DNA from: an uncultured virus (IMG/VR IMGVR_UViG_2061766007_000727)
Lineage: Duplodnaviria; Heunggongvirae; Uroviricota; Caudoviricetes
Reading direction: 5' to 3' (one strand)
Length of the DNA stretch: 64,000 nt
IMG/VR virus record: IMGVR_UViG_2061766007_000727
Shown: positions 58,275 to 64,000 of the stretch, in pieces
How the letters are laid out: each line of letters starts with the position of its first letter
Position numbering within the stretch: position 1 is the stretch's first letter
Made by a program: the position numbers and the translations under genes
The notes under the pieces: generated by a model
Told to the model about the DNA's origin: nothing
Seen by the model: the letters and a program-made list of their open reading frames with translations, nothing else
Database searches by the model: none

Positions 58275-60491
58275 ATGGGTATTCCATTGAATTTGGATTT
58301 TGAGATGGGTGTGGCGAAACCCATTGACAGTAGGTTTGTGATGACAAAGGCACAGATGCTATCTGTTGATGACAATGTTATGCCGCCTGTTTACGGATGT
58401 TGGTGTACGGATGATGGTAAGCCGTATTTATATAATAAGAGCAACATACCGAGTGAAACCACAGGTAAGTTTGTGCTTATGCCAGACGATGCAGAAAAAG
58501 TCAACGAGACTTATTCTAAAATGTTAAACCACGATTCCTTCCTTGTCAGTTTGCTACGAATGCAAGACAGAATAAGTCAGTTGGAAAAGGCACAAGCCGT
58601 TTCGGAAAAGTTTGTTAACACGCTTGAAGTTATATCTGGTGTAATAAAAACCGACATTCTTCCCAATCACGAACAAAGCAAATTCTGTCGCAAATTGGAA
58701 CTCACATATAGTGGTGAGATAGCAAGCGGAACATCAGCAGAAGTGGTTAAGATAAACAACAAGGTGGTGTCATTTGATAATGATATTACAATAGGTGTGG
58801 GTTCGCACACTATTGAGTTTGATGTTTATGAGACGGTTGAAACAAGTCACATATTGCTTATAAAGAAAACGTTTGACGCAGGAACGGAGAATGAGTTAAG
58901 TGTGGTTACTGAATTATCGGATTCTTTTATTCTCACCATTGAGGTTGCCACTGCTACAAACGCAGGCAGTTCTGCTATGGAGTATCAGTTAAAAGGAATG
59001 GCATACGCAGACATAGACCTTGACTATCCGTATCCTGTGCTTGAGTTAAGAGATGGAAGTGTGGTTTACAGAACGGATTTGAGTGGAATTTCAACATCCG
59101 TCACAACAGACCGCTTGGGTTTTTTGTTTGATATATACGCTTGTTACAATTTAGGAAACACTATAACGTATATGATTGCACCCCTTGTTGCTAAAACAAA
59201 GGCTTATGATAGTGGTTATAAGGGTTGCGAATATTGTTATATGGCTAATTGGTTGTGGTTGGAGAATGTGAATAGGTTGTTAGAATCTCGTCCATTCCAC
59301 ACAAAGCAAGACGCTACGATTCTTGAGACAGAGGATATGTATATTAGGAAACTTGACTTTTCTAATATCAGATTTAACAAGGAGAATCAAAATTTGAGTT
59401 CGACAGGTATGTTTCAAGAATTACCCATAACGTTTGTTGCGGATGATATTATTAAAGTTTTCTTTGAGAATCCTAATGCAAGTTACACTAACTTCCAAAT
59501 CAGACTTCCTTATGTAGAAAGTCTTGGTTCAAATATTTCCGACTTGCCTTTGGATAGGGTAACACAAGTGGTGTTCGCTCACTGTATGTCTCTTAAATCG
59601 CTTGGTGACTTGTCAAATTGGGACATTCAAAATAGCACAATCAATTCATTCCAAATGTTTCTCGCAAACGATGTGTCACTTGAGTATATCGGTGATATAT
59701 CAAAATGGGATATTACAGGAATAACATCTCTTGGTAATATGTTTAAGGGTTGTTTTAATCTGCAAGGCATAAGTGATAAGATTAGTGAATGGAACACGTC
59801 AAGTGTGACTGCAATATCTTGGACATTTGAATCTTGTAATTATATAGGTGATGAAACCTTGCACGGACTTGGAAAGTGGGATGTGGGTAATTGCGAAAAT
59901 TTTAGAGGTACGTTCTGTTACTTGTATGAGGCAGGATTTCAAAAAGGTGGCACATTGTATAATTTCTACGCAAGAAATCGTAAGACATTCCCAGATATTG
60001 TTAACAAACGTACAGATTTAAGTTTTGTTGAGAATTGGAACGTTAGCAAGGGAATCAAGTTTGAAGCGTTCTTTGCTAACAATCCGTACCTTGTTAATGT
60101 CGGAGACCTTCGCAAATGGGAACTTGACGCACTTATAGCCAATCCGTCAGCATCATCCAATCAAGGATTCACCGCTTTTATAATGGGGTGTTCGGCACTT
60201 GAGACAATCAAAATGCCTTCGATACCGAGAGGGGTTGATGTGGTTGATTTTGCCAAAGGTTGCACTTCGCTTGCGAACATCGAACTTGATGAACTGAATG
60301 TTGAAGCAATCAGTTTCGGTGACAGTCCGCTCACAAAGCAGTCTGTTCTCAACTTGGTGAACGCTGCGACAGACGATGTTACGATAACTTTGAGAGATGA
60401 CATCTATAATCTATATTATAATGATACCGATGTTGTAAGTGCCATCAATACAAAGGCAGGCAGTGGTATAAACGTTGTTTTAGGAATTTAA
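58275..60491 (+). CDS. DUF285/BspA-family surface-repeat protein, paralog A
   Basis: W[DN][VIT]S...MF repeats; N- and C-termini shared with 60505. Confidence 0.75.
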   Translation: MGIPLNLDFEMGVAKPIDSRFVMTKAQMLSVDDNVMPPVYGCWCTDDGKPYLYNKSNIPSETTGKFVLMPDDAEKVNETYSKMLNHDSFLVSLLRMQDRISQLEKAQAVSEKFVNTLEVISGVIKTDILPNHEQSKFCRKLELTYSGEIASGTSAEVVKINNKVVSFDNDITIGVGSHTIEFDVYETVETSHILLIKKTFDAGTENELSVVTELSDSFILTIEVATATNAGSSAMEYQLKGMAYADIDLDYPYPVLELRDGSVVYRTDLSGISTSVTTDRLGFLFDIYACYNLGNTITYMIAPLVAKTKAYDSGYKGCEYCYMANWLWLENVNRLLESRPFHTKQDATILETEDMYIRKLDFSNIRFNKENQNLSSTGMFQELPITFVADDIIKVFFENPNASYTNFQIRLPYVESLGSNISDLPLDRVTQVVFAHCMSLKSLGDLSNWDIQNSTINSFQMFLANDVSLEYIGDISKWDITGITSLGNMFKGCFNLQGISDKISEWNTSSVTAISWTFESCNYIGDETLHGLGKWDVGNCENFRGTFCYLYEAGFQKGGTLYNFYARNRKTFPDIVNKRTDLSFVENWNVSKGIKFEAFFANNPYLVNVGDLRKWELDALIANPSASSNQGFTAFIMGCSALETIKMPSIPRGVDVVDFAKGCTSLANIELDELNVEAISFGDSPLTKQSVLNLVNAATDDVTITLRDDIYNLYYNDTDVVSAINTKAGSGINVVLGI

Positions 60492-60504
60492 TATAATAAG
60501 GACT

Positions 60505-62781
60505 ATGGGTATTCCGTTGAATTTGGATTTTGAGATGGGTGTGGCAAAGCCTATTGATAGCAGATTGGTAATGACGAAAGCGCAGATGTTGTCGGTTGAC
60601 GATAACGTTATGCCACAAGTATATGGTTGTTGGTGCAGTGAGGATGGTAAACCCTATATATACAATAAGAATAACACCATCGACACTCAATTAGGCAAGT
60701 TTAGACAAGCACCAGACGCACAAGACTTGATTGACATAGGCTTGCAGAACGCATCTTTCAGTCAGTATTCATCCGCTTTCGCTGACATATATGCGAGATT
60801 GGAATCAATCGAAACATCTTTGAAGGCGATGGAGGACAAATACATTGAAACAGATACAACGCTCATATCCAACTACAACAAGAATTTCTTGCCAGACCAC
60901 GATAAATCGTATTTCTGCGACAATGTGAAACTCACATTCAAGGCTACCTATTCAAGCGGTGGAACGGAAAGTATCATTGTGAATGGTGAGACAATAGCAT
61001 TACAGACCGAACACCAAGCAGACGAGGAAACAACCATATCGCTCAACATAATAAATGAGTATGGTGTGGTTAACATATACGAAGGGGAAACGCTTATTCA
61101 CACACTATCAAACGATACCTTCATACTTTCGTTTGGCATAGTGGGGAATAATCTTACAAGTGGTGTGATAACAACGTTTGAGTATTTCTACAAGTATTAC
61201 GATTACAATAACATTAAGATTGCATCAAAGAACGGATTTCCGATTTCCGAGTGTTACGATGGTACAATAGAGTATTGGAACAGAAAGGTTGTACGAGGAG
61301 GCGGGCCCGTATTCACTGACTGCAAGCATTCTTTCAGTGGACACCATACAAGGGCGATTTACGCAGTCGGTAATGTGACAGGCTCACTTTACTACTTCTT
61401 CTGTACGGCTTGGAACGATTCGTACTATAATGAGACGCAAGCAGGCAGACCTGTTGACTATTCGGTTGATAGGGAGGGTGTGATTGAGTATGCCTACTGC
61501 TCTGGTTGGGATTTTAGTGGAACAACCGACTTGAAACAACCATTTTGGTTCACGGGCAACAGTCAAGTCTCACAATTATACAGACACAATAGGGAGTATA
61601 TGGAGAACCACTTGAAGAAGTTGGATTTGTCTAACGTCAAGTTCGGTGATACATTCAGCAGTTCCGATGCCATTCCGCAATATTCGATTGTCTCGCTTTT
61701 CGGAAACAAGTCGGTAGGTAACTTAACATTGTTGGGTAACTACATAAACAAGTATCCTACATTCTCAAGATTGAGATTTGATGGTAATTATAGCCTTGAA
61801 ACGTTGGGTGACTTGTCGGATTGGGATGTAAGTAGTATCATTCAGTTCAACGAGATGTTATCCTATTGTATGAATCTTGCTTTCATAGGTGATATTGGCA
61901 AGTGGAAGGTGGGACACAACAACACTTCATCCAACGCAACCGAGATAAAGAATATGTTTAGGTTCTGTTTTAAACTCAAAGGCATATCGTCTGCAATATC
62001 CGATTGGGACACAAGCAAGTGTACGAGAGTGAACGGAATCTTTCAAGGTGCGGTTTGTATGGGTGACAACACTTTGGCAAACCTTTGGAAGTGGAACACA
62101 AGCAATATAACCAACTTTGGTGAGATGTTCTCTTATCTTACACCTGTTGTTACAAATGGGTGGGTTGCGAGCAGATATGCGCCAGACAACTTCAAGCATT
62201 GGGGTGATTTGTGTGATGAGTACCAAAACGCTGAAACAACCGAAGCAAGAAAGGAAGAAATAGAGTGGGAGTTGGCTGATTTGCAGAAGAAGGTTATTGT
62301 TGAGAAACGCACTGATTTGTCCTTTGTTGAGAAATGGGATATGAGCAAGACCACACAGACGAGAGATATGTTCGCTTACAATCCGTATTTGAAGAACGTT
62401 GGTGATTTGAGAAAATGGAGTTTCAATCCTTCTAACACTTGGACTGATTTAGGTGCAAGTGGTATGTTCGCATACTGCACAGGGTTGGAGACACTGCAAA
62501 TGCCATCCATTCCAAACGGAGTGAATGTTGACAAGATTGTGAAAGGTTGCACTTCGCTTACAAATATTGAGATAGATGAGTTGAATGTGAGCGCAATATC
62601 GTTCCAAGATTGTCCGCTTACAAAGCAGTCTGTTCTCAATCTAATCAATGCCGCAACCACTGATGTGACAATAACATTAAGGTCAGATATATATTCTATT
62701 ATGAGCGTTGATGCGGATGTTCAGTCTGCTATAACGGCAAAAGGTGGAGATAATATAACAGTAACATTGGCAACGATTTAA
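60505..62781 (+). CDS. DUF285/BspA-family surface-repeat protein, paralog B
   Basis: MGIPLNLDFEMGVAKPIDSR start; WDVS/WDTS/WNTS repeats. Confidence 0.75.
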   Translation: MGIPLNLDFEMGVAKPIDSRLVMTKAQMLSVDDNVMPQVYGCWCSEDGKPYIYNKNNTIDTQLGKFRQAPDAQDLIDIGLQNASFSQYSSAFADIYARLESIETSLKAMEDKYIETDTTLISNYNKNFLPDHDKSYFCDNVKLTFKATYSSGGTESIIVNGETIALQTEHQADEETTISLNIINEYGVVNIYEGETLIHTLSNDTFILSFGIVGNNLTSGVITTFEYFYKYYDYNNIKIASKNGFPISECYDGTIEYWNRKVVRGGGPVFTDCKHSFSGHHTRAIYAVGNVTGSLYYFFCTAWNDSYYNETQAGRPVDYSVDREGVIEYAYCSGWDFSGTTDLKQPFWFTGNSQVSQLYRHNREYMENHLKKLDLSNVKFGDTFSSSDAIPQYSIVSLFGNKSVGNLTLLGNYINKYPTFSRLRFDGNYSLETLGDLSDWDVSSIIQFNEMLSYCMNLAFIGDIGKWKVGHNNTSSNATEIKNMFRFCFKLKGISSAISDWDTSKCTRVNGIFQGAVCMGDNTLANLWKWNTSNITNFGEMFSYLTPVVTNGWVASRYAPDNFKHWGDLCDEYQNAETTEARKEEIEWELADLQKKVIVEKRTDLSFVEKWDMSKTTQTRDMFAYNPYLKNVGDLRKWSFNPSNTWTDLGASGMFAYCTGLETLQMPSIPNGVNVDKIVKGCTSLTNIEIDELNVSAISFQDCPLTKQSVLNLINAATTDVTITLRSDIYSIMSVDADVQSAITAKGGDNITVTLATI

Positions 62782-62793
62782 CTATATTAAAAT

Positions 62794-63795
62794 ATGAGAA
62801 TTAACGTAAAAGATATTAGTGGTAAGTGGCTGACGGTTGAGAATGAAGCCGCAAGATTATCCTTGCCTCAAGAATATATAATTGCAGGCACGGCAGTTTA
62901 TCAGCAATCGGATGGCAAGGCATACGTTTATAATGGCACGGGGTGGGTTGAACTTGGTGCAGAAGGTGCGGCAAATCTTCAAGCGGCTTTGAATGTAACT
63001 GAAACTAAAGTAGGTGGCATTACGCAAGGCAAGCAATACGCATCTGGTACTTCGTTTGAGACAATCTTTAGAGATATGCTCAACCCTACTCTCAACCCAG
63101 ACATAACCGCACCAAGCGCATCCATAAGCGGGGGAACACCTTACATTCTTGAGGTAGGTACTTCTAAAAACGTAACCTTCACAATCAACTTTAACAAAGG
63201 TAAGATTCATCCGTTATACGGAACAGAACCGCTTGTTGATGCAGACCGAGCAGGTGATGCGGAGGAATACAAACTGAATGGTGGGACGGCACAAGTAACC
63301 AACACGTTTACTAATATCACGGTGGATAAAGACAACGCTACGTTTGTTGCAAACGTCAAGTATGCCGCAAGTTCGGTTCAGCCGAAGGATAGCAAGGGTA
63401 ACAACTACTTGACACCGCTTGCAAGTGGCAATGTTAACACTGCAATACTAACCTATTCGTTCACAAACACGATATGGTCTAACGTTGCGGACATCACCGA
63501 TATTAGGAAGATAGAGCCTACCACAATCAAGTATTCGGACAAGCAGGCTACATTGGAGTTTCCTGCCGCTACGATTGCCAACCCAGAGACATTTGATGTT
63601 CCGTCTTCTTGGTCGGTAACAAGTATAACCTACTACAATAGTTTTACACAGAGTTGGGATGACGTAGCGTTTGAGTTCAGTGTTACAACAACAACACACC
63701 TTGACGCAGGCGGAGAGACTGTAAGTTACAACAGATACACTTACAACAAGGGGATACCTATTGATAACAGAAACGTAAAAATAACTTGGAATTAA
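62794..63795 (+). CDS. Fibre-associated protein
   Basis: VGGIT..Y.SGTS.E.I.R.ML.P module shared with 23988 and, more loosely, 20523. Confidence 0.65.
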   Translation: MRINVKDISGKWLTVENEAARLSLPQEYIIAGTAVYQQSDGKAYVYNGTGWVELGAEGAANLQAALNVTETKVGGITQGKQYASGTSFETIFRDMLNPTLNPDITAPSASISGGTPYILEVGTSKNVTFTINFNKGKIHPLYGTEPLVDADRAGDAEEYKLNGGTAQVTNTFTNITVDKDNATFVANVKYAASSVQPKDSKGNNYLTPLASGNVNTAILTYSFTNTIWSNVADITDIRKIEPTTIKYSDKQATLEFPAATIANPETFDVPSSWSVTSITYYNSFTQSWDDVAFEFSVTTTTHLDAGGETVSYNRYTYNKGIPIDNRNVKITWN

Positions 63796-63818
63796 TCATT
63801 TTTTAGGAGGAAAATAAT

Positions 63819-64000
63819 ATGGCACGTTCAATCGGAACAATGAAATTATCGTCAAACTTTGAGCCACGTTTGGGCGCACCGCTTGACGCACGTATGGTAG
63901 TCCCAACACAAGCGGACTTGACCACATCAGATAATTGGGCATATCCTTATGTTGGTATGTTGGTTGCAGTACAAGCAACAGGTAAGGTATATGTATTGAA
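63819..64000 (+). CDS. Fibre-associated protein, 3' truncated
   Basis: MARSIG...NFEP..GAPLDAR..V..PYVGMLVAV, open to the window end. Confidence 0.6.
   Translation, partial: MARSIGTMKLSSNFEPRLGAPLDARMVVPTQADLTTSDNWAYPYVGMLVAVQATGKVYVL

Noticed and set aside
54748..62781. Diversity-generating retroelement acting on adhesins
   Set aside because: No reverse transcriptase and no template/variable repeat pair with adenine-specific mismatches were seen.
1..64000. Stop-codon reassignment (as in Lak or some crAss-like phages)
   Set aside because: Standard-code ORFs are full length and dense; TAA, TAG and TGA all end genes at sensible positions.

Overview
A 64-kb segment of a large lytic tailed phage, most likely infecting a Bacteroidota host (TAnnTTTG-type promoters, AT-rich translation starts mostly lacking SD motifs, a protein with a T9SS C-terminal domain). 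Almost all genes are on the + strand and use the standard code. The window holds replication/repair genes (DnaB-like helicase, stand-alone primase Zn finger, intein-containing PolA, ATP-dependent ligase, split SbcC/Rad50 plus SbcD, RtcB), a tRNA-Ile(UAU), lysis genes, terminase large subunit, a portal-like protein, acidic/basic head-type proteins and two clusters of modular tail/adhesin proteins. Highlights: (1) a tnpB-only element inserted after TTAC inside the 3' end of polA brings its own recoded replacement for the last 42 PolA codons. The displaced original 42 codons sit just after its right end, where they would form the TnpB guide against uninvaded polA alleles, consistent with an RNA-guided, gene-restoring homing element. 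(2) A second tnpB sits inside a late promoter, so its predicted guide is the late-promoter consensus. (3) A 731-aa ORF is an array of unrelated small domains joined by a repeated [VI][STN]DSR[KR][IV][KR]D linker; the same [VIL]-x-D motif and an M[ND]LKKLM leader recur in many late proteins, suggesting Asp-directed maturation of capsid-packaged polyproteins. All calls come from reading the sequence; no searches were run.
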